Below, piece by piece: positions 34,417 through 45,419 of a DNA stretch of 64,000 bases. Both the position numbers and the translations under genes were made by a program. The notes under the pieces were generated by a model. That model ran no database searches. It worked only from the letters and a program-made list of their open reading frames with translations, and had not been told where the DNA came from. Source of the stretch: Oikopleura dioica (taxonomy: Eukaryota; Animalia; Chordata); contig OU015570.1 in assembly GCA_907165135.1 (NCBI GenBank), positions 992,001-1,056,000 on the forward strand, in the 5' to 3' direction. Positions within the stretch are counted from its first letter, which is position 1; each line of letters opens with the position of its first letter.

Positions 34417-34796
34417 GAGAAAATGACATGAGTTGGTTTAACTCTATCTCCTCTCGCAATTCTTTTCCGATTTTTTCAAATTTAGATAGGTAGGAAGCGC
34501 TCCGTTAGACCTAAAATTTCGTAGTCTCAGAATTATTTTTGAAGCTTCTTTAAGTTCCACACGGCTTCTCAAAACAAGTGCTTTCACGCCGCGCCGCTTC
34601 TTCTCTCACGCTGCGCGCCTCACGACGGTGCAGCTCTCATTTCAAAAGCTCATATAAAATTCCATAAAGCTTCAAAATTAATTCTGAGACTACGAAATTT
34701 TATGTCTAACGGAGCACTTTCTACCTATCTAAATTTAAAAAATCGGAAAAGAATTGCGAGAGGAGATAGAATTAAACCAACTCACGTCATTTTCTC
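34417..34796. mobile_element. Hairpin MITE
   Basis: Inverted arms of ~130 bp (gagaaaatgacatgagttgg... / ...ccaactcacgtcattttctc). Confidence 0.65.
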
Positions 34797-35087
34797 ACGT
34801 TCATTTCACTCATTAAATGAAGTTTTGACGGTGAACGCTAATGGAAGGCAATATTTCATAATATGATAATTATGCACTACTGCGTAAAGTAGGCGTTCAA
34901 GACAGTAAATCAGGAGTTTCATTATAAAGTTCATTATCGAAATTGAGTTTTATAGCGAGAGTATTCAAAGATGCGCTTCATTTTAGTAAAGAACATAAAG
35001 GATGAAAATGTAGGATAAAAGAAAAAGTGTTTCATGACGGGGCAAGTGATACTCGAAAATAATTGGTCACGGTCGGATTTGAGTTGG

Positions 35088-35561
35088 TTATTCCTCATCC
35101 ACCAAAATTGCTAAAGCCTCCGTGAGGTCTTGGATGCAGCGTTTGATGTCGTCAGCAAATGTTGCCTGAATTACTGTGTCGAGTCTACTAGCCTGGAATT
35201 TTGACTCTGGGAAAACAGTGTCCCCGTCGAATATTTGGATGTTTTGCAGCTCTGTGAATGATTTGATGACGAGAGGCTTCTCCTTGATTTTTCCCCAGTG
35301 CGCTGAGGGATATCCAAGTTCAATATTACCGTGTCCGAGAGTGAACTCTCTCTGCCAAAATCTATTTTGGTTTCTCGATAACGTCTCCCGGACGAAGAAA
35401 CTGTAGATCTGATCCGACGGTGGCGACATTTTTAGGTGAATGAATTTTGCTCTCACGATTTTTCCTTCCTCTTGACAGAATACAGTACGAAACAAGTATT
35501 TGAAGGCTGCTTCTATCTTAACCTTCGTGAACATTATTTCCTCTTTCTCTTGGCTCGTCAT
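35088..35561 (-). CDS. Orphan intronless ORF (157 aa)
   Basis: ATG-to-stop frame with protein-like composition; no family recognised. Confidence 0.45.
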   Translation of the reverse strand: MTSQEKEEIMFTKVKIEAAFKYLFRTVFCQEEGKIVRAKFIHLKMSPPSDQIYSFFVRETLSRNQNRFWQREFTLGHGNIELGYPSAHWGKIKEKPLVIKSFTELQNIQIFDGDTVFPESKFQASRLDTVIQATFADDIKRCIQDLTEALAILVDEE

Positions 35562-35689
35562 GATGAAACTGATCGCTGATTTTCGCTTACGCCGTTATAT
35601 GCTGAGATGAGAAGTGGATTGTGTTTTTTAATTCCTTGGTTGGGTGCGTATTCTTTGACATGCTGAGTGGTGATATTTTTGATCTTGAA

Positions 35690-36301
35690 TCAGAGCATGG
35701 TGAGAGGATTTTGACTAAAATCACAAGTTAGAAGGTAATTCGCCACTGAAGATCCTCTGAGTCGGAATCTGCCTTGACAATTTTCACTTTCTCGCGCATC
35801 GATCCTTTGGTGGATTTGAATCAGCAACCATTTTTGTAAGCAACGATTTGCTAAAGTTCTCGCTGACATGACAACAATGAAAATGACTGTGAGTGCTCCT
35901 CCAAGGCTGCTTATTGTCAATAGAATTCGAATTTTCTTTTCATGTCGGTTTTCGATACCAACTAAATGTGAGAAAGTCTCTTCTGCCGTTAGCTTTGAAG
36001 TTTTCAGTTGATCGCTTTTAATCTTGAGCGTTGATACCGATGAAAGAAGGGGGTTGCCCTGGACTCGAGCCCGAATTAGCGACACCAAGTGTGCGTGTTT
36101 CGCTTTTTCATTAAGCGGAGGACCACGCGGAGCTTCCGCGGCGGAGGAACCCACCAGCTGGAAGAATTCCCTTTTACGAAAAGAAAATCCTCTCACTGAA
36201 CTCTCGTATTTTTGGATTTCTTTTTCACGTGAGCGAAGGGGAACTAAAAAATTCATAGATATTCGTAATGAAATTTTTTCGAAAAAATTGAAAATTTTCA
36301 T
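35690..36301 (-). CDS. Orphan ORF (~190-200 aa) with one putative TM helix
   Basis: Hydrophobic IRILLTISSLGGALTVIFIVVMSA; no family recognised. Confidence 0.35.
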   Translation of the reverse strand: MKIFNFFEKISLRISMNFLVPLRSREKEIQKYESSVRGFSFRKREFFQLVGSSAAEAPRGPPLNEKAKHAHLVSLIRARVQGNPLLSSVSTLKIKSDQLKTSKLTAEETFSHLVGIENRHEKKIRILLTISSLGGALTVIFIVVMSARTLANRCLQKWLLIQIHQRIDARESENCQGRFRLRGSSVANYLLTCDFSQNPLTML

Positions 36302-37140
36302 TTTATTTTAAAAAGCTTTCTAAAGTGATAAAAATAATTTTGAAAACAGAAAGAACTCATTTTAATTGGTCTTGACAAAAGGAAAATTTGACGACTGTGA
36401 ACTTGAGTAAAAAAATAATATAAAAACCATAAGAAAATAAAAAATAGGGACAATATAAATTTAAACATCAGATGGAGGTGGGCGGGGTTGGGGACGCAAC
36501 TGAGAATGATCAACTCAGTGTTCGATATTCGCTCCAGCTCGCTAATTTCTTTTTTGTAGTCGATTCGTGGAGCGAAGTTGCTTGACTTAGCCTCAATTCT
36601 TTGGATATTCTTTGAGGTTTGATATTCTACTCCATTGCACGAGAGCAAGAAATCTCCACCATTCAATAATGATGTTCCTGGCTCGTGGCTCGCGCTCACC
36701 ATTTTTTAAGCACTTCTCTAAATACATTTAATCGAGTCAGTTCTTTAATTATCAATTCTACTCATTTTTTACCTATCTATGCGATGTTTTTCTTGATAAT
36801 TGAGGACTTGAAGTGATTTTTATTTGTTATATATACCGTGGTTTTCCATTTTAAGAGCGTTTTTTGGATGACAGGCCTCGATCAAATCGCTCTTAGATTG
36901 GAAGTTTTTCAATGACAGTGGGATTTTCAATTTTTCCGTTTGACAAATTGTTAATGTCGCTCGGACATTTTCAATCCTCTGACAACCTTGTGTTCTGCAA
37001 TTACAAAAAAGATCCGATGTTTTCTTGACGATTTCATTGTCAACAATGATCATCTGAACATCAAGGAGGAAGATCTAGTGAACAAAGCGAATGAACATGA
37101 ATCCAGCAATCTTTAAGCGCTCTTCGATCAATACTGGGCT

Positions 37141-37332
37141 CAGGGTTGCATATTCACCCGTCTTCACCCCACCCACGGGTGAGGGTGAAAATTTTCACCC
37201 TTTAAGACGGGTGGGGTGATCAAGGGTGAAGATCGATTTTTGCTCAAAAGGGTGAGGGTGGGGTGAGGGTGAAAATTTTCACCCTTTTTCAAGGGTGGGG
37301 TGATCAAGGGTGAGGGTGAATATGCAACCCTG
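37141..37332. mobile_element. hAT-type MITE (192 bp)
   Basis: CAGGGTTGCATATTCACCC...GGGTGAATATGCAACCCTG; perfect 8-bp TSD ACTGGGCT; copy 1 shows the empty site. Confidence 0.9.
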
Positions 37333-37684
37333 ACTGGGCTGATCAAGGAGGAAGAATTCGAAGGAGCTGTTGTAGATTTTGAGGACTTGGATGTTTTGGA
37401 AAGTGTGCTGGAGAAAGAAGACGAGGGAGAGCTGGTCGAGCATTTTCTGGCGCTTCAAATTGATGAAACACGAGCGGCGACCCCGATGGAGATTGAAAAG
37501 GAACCTAAAGTTAAGTGATAGAGACACTGCGAAGCCTTCGACTTCAAAATGGCCAGAAAAGCGGTCAAAGATTACAAAATTTTTTAATAAATTATTCACT
37601 GTAAGTCTGAAAATTTTGATTTTTTTAAATCTTTAAAAACGCTCTTAAACTGGAATTACGGCAGATGACAACATTTTCAAAATA

Positions 37685-38649
37685 CAGTACACTCGCACAA
37701 TTTGGCCCTTTTTTGTTTTTGCGATATGTCGAAAAAGGGCCGAATTGTGCGGGTCCGAATTGTGCGACTTCCGAAAAACTTTTTAAGCCCCCGTTGATTA
37801 ACTGTCAGTTGATGTTGTTTTTGCTAGTTTTAAGAAGTTAATCTTTTAACCCGTTGCCGAGCGCGTAGCATTCAGGATGCTACAAGCGCCTTTCAAGCCA
37901 AATATCTTGAGATCAAATATGCCGATTTCAAAAATTTTTTTGATTTCTGGAAATTTTAGTCTTTTTTGAATACGTTCGTTCGAATACGTTTAAATTATCT
38001 GAAATAATATGAATCTTTTAGATGAGGCTTCGATAAATAACTTCAAGAAAAAATATTCGTAAAAAATAAGTAGAAGTGGAAGAAAATAGCGCTCAAAGTC
38101 ATAGCATTCCGAATGCTACGCGAGCGGCAAGCCAATCTAGCGGAGCGCTCGGCAACGGGTTAATGTAATCTTTAAAATGAACGAGAGAAAAACCAAGCCA
38201 AGGAAGAAATTAGGGAGTACTCGCGTAGATGTCTCTCTCGAAACAAGATTGAAGTACACCCGAATGATCGTCATCCAAAAAATGAAGACGAAGGATTTGA
38301 GTAAAATTTTCGAAGATGAGCATGGAAAGCGGATGGCTTCCACAACTTACAAACGATGGAGAAGAGAAGGTCCAGATCTTCTGAAGGAATATGCGAATGG
38401 AACTCGAGTAACGAAGAAGATCTGCCGTCCAAAATACAAGCAAAAAGATGAAATTAAAGAAAAATTCCAAGAAGTCGTAATTCAAGAGCTAAAGAAAAGT
38501 CAAGTCGATGGCTTGGTTAGCGTTAAGGTTAGGTTAGGGTTAGGCTAAACTCACGGGTCAGGGGGGCCAAATTGTGCGATTTTCTAACGTTTTAGCGAAA
38601 TTCGAAAAAAGGGCCGAATTGTGCGGGGCCAAATTGTGCGAGTGTACTG
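37685..38649 (+). mobile_element. TA-inserting pogo-type element carrying an HTH remnant
   Basis: TA|CAGTACACTCGCACAATTTGGCCC...GGGCCAAATTGTGCGAGTGTACTG|TA; empty site at 21750-21760. Confidence 0.85.
38177..38548 (+). pseudogene. CENP-B/pogo N-terminal HTH fragment
   Basis: RVDVSLETRLKY...SKIFEDEHGKRMASTTYKRW...KKICRPKY; truncated. Confidence 0.55.
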
Positions 38650-39133
38650 TATATGCAAAAACGCTCTTAAAATGGAAAACCACGGTACGTCAAAAATTTA
38701 AAACCCAATAATTTGCATCATGCCGACCCAAGCTTTGAATGATTGATATAGATAGTGCAAATGAAAACAAACTATCTTCAGGATCGTGGCCGTTAAAAAA
38801 TTCAATCTGATCAATCATTTTTTCAAGTTTTCTCTTTCTATCATTTTGTTCAGAGCTTGGCTAAAATGAAAATGTTTCCTTGTCTCGGATTATAATAATC
38901 AGGATGTTACTTATACTCGTGTGTGCGATAGCCTCTCTATCCGAACACGTCTCGAGAAGGAGGCAGCGCTAGAAATAGTTATTGTCGATTTTTCATTCGA
39001 TTTTATGCGGGCAACACTGGTAATGTCGCCGTTTGTCACGAACAGAGTTGGTGATATGGAAGGGTAGGGTAGTTCAACATGATAATTTGTAAGTAAATCA
39101 TCTGCACTTAACTATACATTCTTATTTGAAATA

Positions 39134-40467
39134 CAGTGATAACCCATTTTAAGGATGTAGGGCGCCTAGGTTCACAATTGTGAACCCGGTTCACAATTTT
39201 GTGAACCCGGTTCACAATCTGTGTGAACCCGGTTCACAAAATTTTTAAAAGTACGAAATCAGGGGTCCATATGCGCTCCGCTCCTGATTTCAGAGAAAAA
39301 CTCAAATTTGAAGTTATTTACTTTCTCTTCAACCGCGCCTTCAGTCAATTGGAGTCACTTTTTTGACCGAAATTGTGAACCAGGTTCACAAAATTGTGAA
39401 CCAACCGATTGTGAACCTTGGCGCCCGCCACCCCATTTTAAGGCCGGCCCTTTTAAGGCCACTTTTTCGGAAAATCCCCAAAATCTGTCATCCTCAAAAA
39501 ATCCATTTTCGACTGTATTGTGTTTAATCAAGAGTTGGTAAAATATGATACTTTTCATTTCTCTTTTTCGTTACTCTTTGATGATTTTTTCTTTTCAAAT
39601 TTTCACTTAGATTTGAGTCCAAGAGTTCCAATCTATCATAAAATAGGCGAGTATAAATACACAGACGCATTTACAGACCATTTTTCTATAGAAAAAGCTC
39701 AGTACAGTTTTTTATGGAATTTTTGGACATCAAATTTTTGGACATTTTTGCTATTTTATGGGGTTTTCTTGGGACACTTTTTAAAAGTGCCCGTATCAAA
39801 TTTTTGGACATTTTCTGCGCCGTATTTTTAAATTTTCTGTTATTTTTGCCAGATATGAAGTTTTTTCATATTAAAATCTTACTTTTTCTTTGAGAAAGAT
39901 AAGATTGAAGGTTGATCTCGTACCCCTTAAACATTTTTTGTCTTTAGAAGAAGGATTAAACAAAGAATGATGGAGATTTTTCTCAAAAAAAATTTTTTAA
40001 GCGATTTGGATGGGATATTTTTTTTGGCCGCGTGTATCAAATTTATGGACATTTTCGCGAAAATCTTGGGACAAAAAATGTCCAAAAATTCCATAATTAA
40101 CTGTAATTGTCTTCTCCACGTCACTGTTCTTTGAGGTCTTCACTAGAATCTCTTCAAATCTTTTTTCTTAGCATTTGTCATGTTTATCTTTTTTCAGACG
40201 TGTTCTTCGAATATAATTTTTGAAATAATGAAAAAAAAGAATCACCTTGAGTTCAATTCAAAGGACACATTTGTAAAAAGTCCATGATTTATACTTTCTT
40301 CAGCGAAAGAAATATGCGATAACCCTATAACCCTCATTCATCATTTTTTTTCCAAAGAATGAAAAAAAATTTTTGTCATCCAGCTCGAGAAAAAAAATAT
40401 CCATTTTAAGGCCACTTTTGAAATTCGCTGTCATCCGAAAATCGGCCTTAAAATGGGTGGGAAGCTG
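39134..40467. mobile_element. Tc1/pogo-type non-autonomous element with a nested GTGAACC palindromic MITE (39158-39426)
   Basis: TA|CAGTGATAACCCATTTTAAGG; right end GGCCTTAAAATGGGT, degenerate. Confidence 0.55.
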
Positions 40468-40770
40468 TCAAACAACCCGTTGCCATCAATAATGAAGAAT
40501 CTACAGAGTTTCAAAGAACCAAAAATTTTGTCCGGACAAAATTTTTTTGACTCTCGTCATGAAGTTAACACCGATTTTCTGGAACGCATAGAAGGGGAAA
40601 ATTAAATCAGATCAGATGAGATGCGACTCCGGGAATCAGATGACCCGATGACCTGCCGATGGCCTAAATTTGGAAAACAGCTGATGTCACCTGCTGACGA
40701 GAAATTGCTCAGAGGCGCCGACAGGCAACATAAATTTGGACGTCGCGGAGAAAAAACAAACAAATCGACG

Positions 40771-42465
40771 ATGAAAACAAAAATCCTTTTCATCCTCGCC
40801 CAAGCTTTCGCCGAACTATTCACCTTTGATAGAGAGAATGGTATCATCTTCTCCAAAAAAGAAGATATTTACGTCTTCGATGCAAGCGCACCAACACAAA
40901 TCCCGATAATGTTTGCAAGCCCATACCACCAGTTTAGAGAAAGCGTACAAGCCGACTGTGGGTACCCGGAGAGCGGAATCATCGGTAAAGAAAAGAATTT
41001 TTTCGACCTCGAACCTAGCGACAACTCAATGAAAACCATCTCTGAACATTGCGAAACAGCCTTCCGGGTCTTCGACGATATTCTTTTGGACATGATCGGA
41101 GCCGATCTTCTCTTCACAGATGCTTACGCCGAAAAACTCGACGAAATGGTAAACCAGAGACGAGTTAATACATTAAAGAAACGAACAGCGAGATCAACTC
41201 AATCCGCCAAACGAAACACGAGCAGGAAGAAGAGAGCCGTTGGAGTCGCCGCAGCTGCTGGAGTAACAGTAGCAGCAACAGGCATCTCTCTCGCATACAC
41301 AGGATATGTGGACGCAAAATCAAAGCAGCGCGATCAAGAGCTTCAATTTCAAATAGATGACAGCCGAAGAGCGATTTCTGAACTCTCCGAAAGCTTCGAA
41401 CTCAACACCGAAATGATTGGAGAACTTGCAAAACAACTGAAGAAATCACAATCCCCGATTATTGTGCGAGGAGGAATCGAGATATCTACTGACCAAATTA
41501 TGCAGAAAGACGTCCTCGACGGCAACCCGCAGAGTACAATCGAATATTTTGCAGCCTACAGCTCAAATTATGGAAAAGAAATGGTACGATCCCTGATGAC
41601 ACTAACTTACCACAGGCTCCCCTTGTATGGAACCTACATCGACACAATTCGCGCCAACTGCCTCGCCGTGCAAACAATTGATGACGAGAAAGTCAAAGAT
41701 GAATTCTGTCTCGGCTTTGCTTATCATTGCACCCGGTGGTACACCGATCTGAGATACATGGGCGTAGGAATTACCACTTTCGACCAAGCCGAGAACGCGG
41801 CGGCGACGACACCTCAAATGCTAAGGATCAAAGAAGTCATCATCAATCTTCACATCCGAATACCCAGGCTTCAACTGAAAGCGGAAAGATTCCAGGTGAT
41901 AAATCTGGGATATTTCCAGGACGCAGCAACAAGAAGAAGACTTGACATCCCGCAATTTCTCGTCCGAATGCCGTCCTCAGAAGTGTTATCAATGAACCCA
42001 GCGTTATGTCTGCGTTTTTCACCAACGTATGCATGTAGTAGTACTTCACTTCAGCCGGAGCAGTGTGGTGAGCAAGTTCTCTCAAGAAACTTAACGAGAT
42101 TCTGCAATTCGACACCCCTGGACCCGCAGAAATGCGGCCTCTTTGAGACAAATGATATGGCATTCGTCTCAATGCGACAACCTTCCCGAACGACCTTCTT
42201 TCACCACGCTCCGGTAATCGAGGTCAGCAAAATCGACTCCTTCAGAAAATCACCCTTCAACGGCGCCTTGAACTGCGGACAAGTGATACTGAAAATCAGC
42301 GCAGCAATAAAGAGTGAGACGACAGCAACTCGCATTAATTACATTGCTCCCGTAAAAATCCGCGTGACAAACGTCGAAGAAGAACGAGAGTTCGAAAATG
42401 AGCAGAGAGTTCAGAAAATGAAATCACAGAATGATGATAAATTCGGCACTGGAAGAACGACATAA
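40771..42465 (+). CDS. env: Env-like class I fusion glycoprotein ectodomain (orphaned from its gag-pol)
   Basis: Signal-like MKTKILFILAQAFA; furin site RKKR (41224-41235); fusion-peptide-like AVGVAAAAGVTVAATGISLAY; heptad repeat; Cys-rich domain. Frameshift near 42435 before the second heptad repeat. Confidence 0.8.
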   Translation: MKTKILFILAQAFAELFTFDRENGIIFSKKEDIYVFDASAPTQIPIMFASPYHQFRESVQADCGYPESGIIGKEKNFFDLEPSDNSMKTISEHCETAFRVFDDILLDMIGADLLFTDAYAEKLDEMVNQRRVNTLKKRTARSTQSAKRNTSRKKRAVGVAAAAGVTVAATGISLAYTGYVDAKSKQRDQELQFQIDDSRRAISELSESFELNTEMIGELAKQLKKSQSPIIVRGGIEISTDQIMQKDVLDGNPQSTIEYFAAYSSNYGKEMVRSLMTLTYHRLPLYGTYIDTIRANCLAVQTIDDEKVKDEFCLGFAYHCTRWYTDLRYMGVGITTFDQAENAAATTPQMLRIKEVIINLHIRIPRLQLKAERFQVINLGYFQDAATRRRLDIPQFLVRMPSSEVLSMNPALCLRFSPTYACSSTSLQPEQCGEQVLSRNLTRFCNSTPLDPQKCGLFETNDMAFVSMRQPSRTTFFHHAPVIEVSKIDSFRKSPFNGALNCGQVILKISAAIKSETTATRINYIAPVKIRVTNVEEEREFENEQRVQKMKSQNDDKFGTGRTT

Positions 42466-43405
42466 ACTCAACTCGACTCTTAACCTGATGTACGAAAGCG
42501 GTAAAGAAGAGATCCAACATCTCAAAAACCTTGTTCACGGATAGAAGGGGTTTCCTGGTTTGGTACGAATCCTGGTTTGGTACGAATCATGGTTTGGTAT
42601 GAATCCTGGTTTGGTACGAATTTCAAAATCATACCAAACCATGATCTGTACCAAACCAGGATTTGTACCAAACCAGGAAAATCGAGAGTCAAAAATCTCA
42701 AAAATCAAAAAATGAAATCATCGACTCTTATCAATTGTACTCGACCCCCCCCTTGGACCCAAAAATTTTTTTTACTGAGCAATTTGATTCAAATAAATAT
42801 GTCCGAAAATAAAACTTAACCATTTTTTATCAGTATATATTGCTTTAACTGCGAATATACTGTAAATTTATATAGTTTTTTTTTCATTTGTGCAGGAATA
42901 CTAATGTTCGATGAGTTGAAGAGTTTGCACACTCGCCGAGAATGCCGCGGATTGAGCCTTAATCTGCCTAAAGAGCCGGAAATGCGCCACACTATGAATA
43001 TAAGAAATCCTATTTTGGTTTGTGACAGCGATGTCGCGCCCGCCAGTGCGGAGCTCGTTGCTTTTCATCTGGCCGGATCGAGGTTGGATTAATTTAACCC
43101 TATCAAACTAAGTCAACAAAAATAATCAACAACCCACTCCTAGAATATCTTCCGTCCACTCGAAATTGAGCCTCAAGTCTCCGCATCCTCACAGTGCTTG
43201 ACATATGCCAAGTTCTTCGCTAGTTCTGGGTCAAAAGCTGGCAAGTCGTCAATTGAGGAGTACAACGCATTCGCCGAGTGGTTCTGAATATACTAATTAG
43301 AGTGTTTCTTACTTTCTCAGTTTCTTTCTGTTCAATAAAAAATCGCTTCTCTAGAATTATTTTACATGCACAGCCATTATTGTGCCTGTATGTTAGTTTC
43401 GCATC

Positions 43406-43973
43406 ATGTCGCAACTAAAAGCAGCTAGAACGCCTTGGATTATGAGTTCCGCCGAAAGGCGTTGGAAAATACAGAAACCAATGCAGGAAAGATTTATAAA
43501 AATTCTGAATTATTCTATTATTATTGCAGGATTATTTAATATCTATGAAAAGAAAATGCAATACACAAAACTGCTGGATGCATCTTATGAGTCTCCCGAG
43601 TTAATCGCCGTCCTGCCTTGTGCGGGGACAGGAGCAATCCGTTTCTATTTTAAAAGCTACCTGCAGTTGTTTGAATTTCACACTACTGCACGGCAGTTTC
43701 GCGATTGCGTTACCTCTCGGAAGAAAGGAAAAATTGATAAATCTATCATCAAAATTAAATGCAGCGCTTTATTATTTAATAATAATTTTTTTGTATATAT
43801 AATTACTCGAAAATATTATCAAAATTTTAAAGGAACAGTCCTTCTTGTCCGTTTACGATGTAAAGCGGCGAACCGAGGATGTCGAGCTAAAATCTGCCTA
43901 CGAATGATAACATCAAATCCAGATGATGAGGAATTTTGGAATTTAAGAAATTGGTCGATTTACAGTGCTACAG
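43406..43973 (+). CDS. MULE transposase N-terminal exons (FLYWCH/WRKY-like zinc finger), tentative
   Basis: After removing an AT-rich in-frame GA-AG intron (43728-43832): ...SRKKGTVLLVRLRCKAANRGCRAKICL...W. Confidence 0.5.
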
Positions 43974-44069
43974 GAATGTTCTTTTTATAATTTACTTACG
44001 AAATTTCTTTTGCGCAATTCGATGATAATTAGCTGTTGCTGAAAGGGAACATCTTCAGTGCTTCGATCA

Positions 44070-45030
44070 GTATATGTTTTGATATTCTTGGGAGAATTTT
44101 AGATTCGGAGATTAAGTGATTAGCTTTACCTTTTTGCACACATGAGGATTAAGGTCGGTTCAAGTTTCGTAAGCATTTCAGGCGTGAGTGTGTCTTTGAC
44201 CAAGTCGAAAATTTGCACCACCGTGTAAGGACCGAAGTTGTACTGTTTGGGGTGATTCCTTCTGCTCAAATTTGGTAGGACTCGATCGAGCAAGTCCAAA
44301 CCATTGGCGATCAGAATCAAACACGAGCCAGCCGAATCAAACAAGTCATACAAAACAGTTTCGCTCTTCGAATAGCGATTTTCGAGTTGAATTTTTCTAG
44401 TAGACTTTTGTAAATTTGATCTGCTTTTTTCACCGCCATGCAGTTGATAAAAACTGAAAAATATTTATAACCGAAATTTAATCATTGTATAAAAGATGAA
44501 GGATAGATCGATAATTAACATACTCTTACCCGTGTGTTCGTGGCCAGGCTCCTTAATCAAATCATTGATTGTAGCGGACTTTCCCGTGCCAGGAAATGTA
44601 CATCGAGTTGCCCTCTTCTTTCTTCAAACAGCCAGAAATGAATCCATTAATCGCTTTAAATTCGGCTTCTCGTCCGAGAATCTTATCCGGGAACTCCAAA
44701 TTTAGCGCCGCTTTGATTTTACCGAAGTTTTCGCAGTGGCATTTTTTTGATTTTCTTAACTGGAACGTCGTCGAAGAGGTTTCGTTTGACAGTTCGTTTT
44801 TGAGCCTCTGTAACTAGCCTGTTGTTCTCGATGTTGATTTTTGATGGCGATAACGGTGTTCTGGGTGAGGCGAGTCTCAGGCTGAAATTTAGGGTTATTC
44901 TCGCACTAAAACCTATTCATATAAAGCTCTATGGAGAAGTCAATATACCACTTTTTTTCGTCAAATTTACCTTTTTGATTTTATAGGAGTGCAATCTGGG
45001 GATTTTCGTTTCTTCGGCGATCCCCAAATA
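44070..45030 (-). pseudogene. CDC6: Captured CDC6 fragment with introns
   Basis: SP/TP-rich N-terminus with KRNLF; KAALNLEFPDKILGREAEF...NSMYIS/PGTGKS (Walker A frameshifted); KSETVLYDLF...LILIANGLDLLDRVLPNL...YNFGPYTVVQI...LMCAKR matches the Cdc6 signature order. Confidence 0.8.
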
Positions 45031-45400
45031 TCCGTCAAAACTCCTCCGAGAACATCTTTTTCAATCTCTGATTTCCTCAATACTGATCACGTTAGCTTCG
45101 GTCTCTTCTAGCTTATTTTGCAGAGCTTCCATCTGGTCAGAAAGCTTTTTGTTTTCTTCACTTTCTGTCTTGGCCTTTTCTTTCATCTCATCTCGTTCTC
45201 CGATGAGTATCGCCTTGGTATTCGCCGAGCTCGTTCACGTCGTTGTCTTTCTCAATGATCTGCTTGCTTAGAGCGTCGAATCTGTTGGTATACTCGTTGT
45301 TTTTTCCCAACTCGTTGATTTTGGCTTCCATTTCTTCTCTCTCATCATCCCACTGTTTTTTATTGTGCTTCTTGACGCGGTTCGTCCCTGAACATAATGA
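45030..45400 (-). pseudogene. Coiled-coil coding fragment upstream of the CDC6 fragment
   Basis: KQWDDEREEMEAKINELGKNNEYTNRFDALSKQIIEKD...; frameshifted. Confidence 0.4.
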
Positions 45401-45419
45401 TTAATTCACAATAAAGAAC

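Larger units (their letters stand above)
36836..38685 (+). mobile_element. pogo-like element, copy 2, with two nested insertions
   Basis: TA|CCGTGGTTTTCC...GGAAAACCACGG|TA; colinear with 21112-21804 outside the insertions. Confidence 0.8.

Noticed and set aside
43220-43414. Second zinc-finger exon on the minus strand (HNNGCACKI)
   Set aside because: Resemblance to NRGCRAKI is only a few residues and no other ligands are in register.
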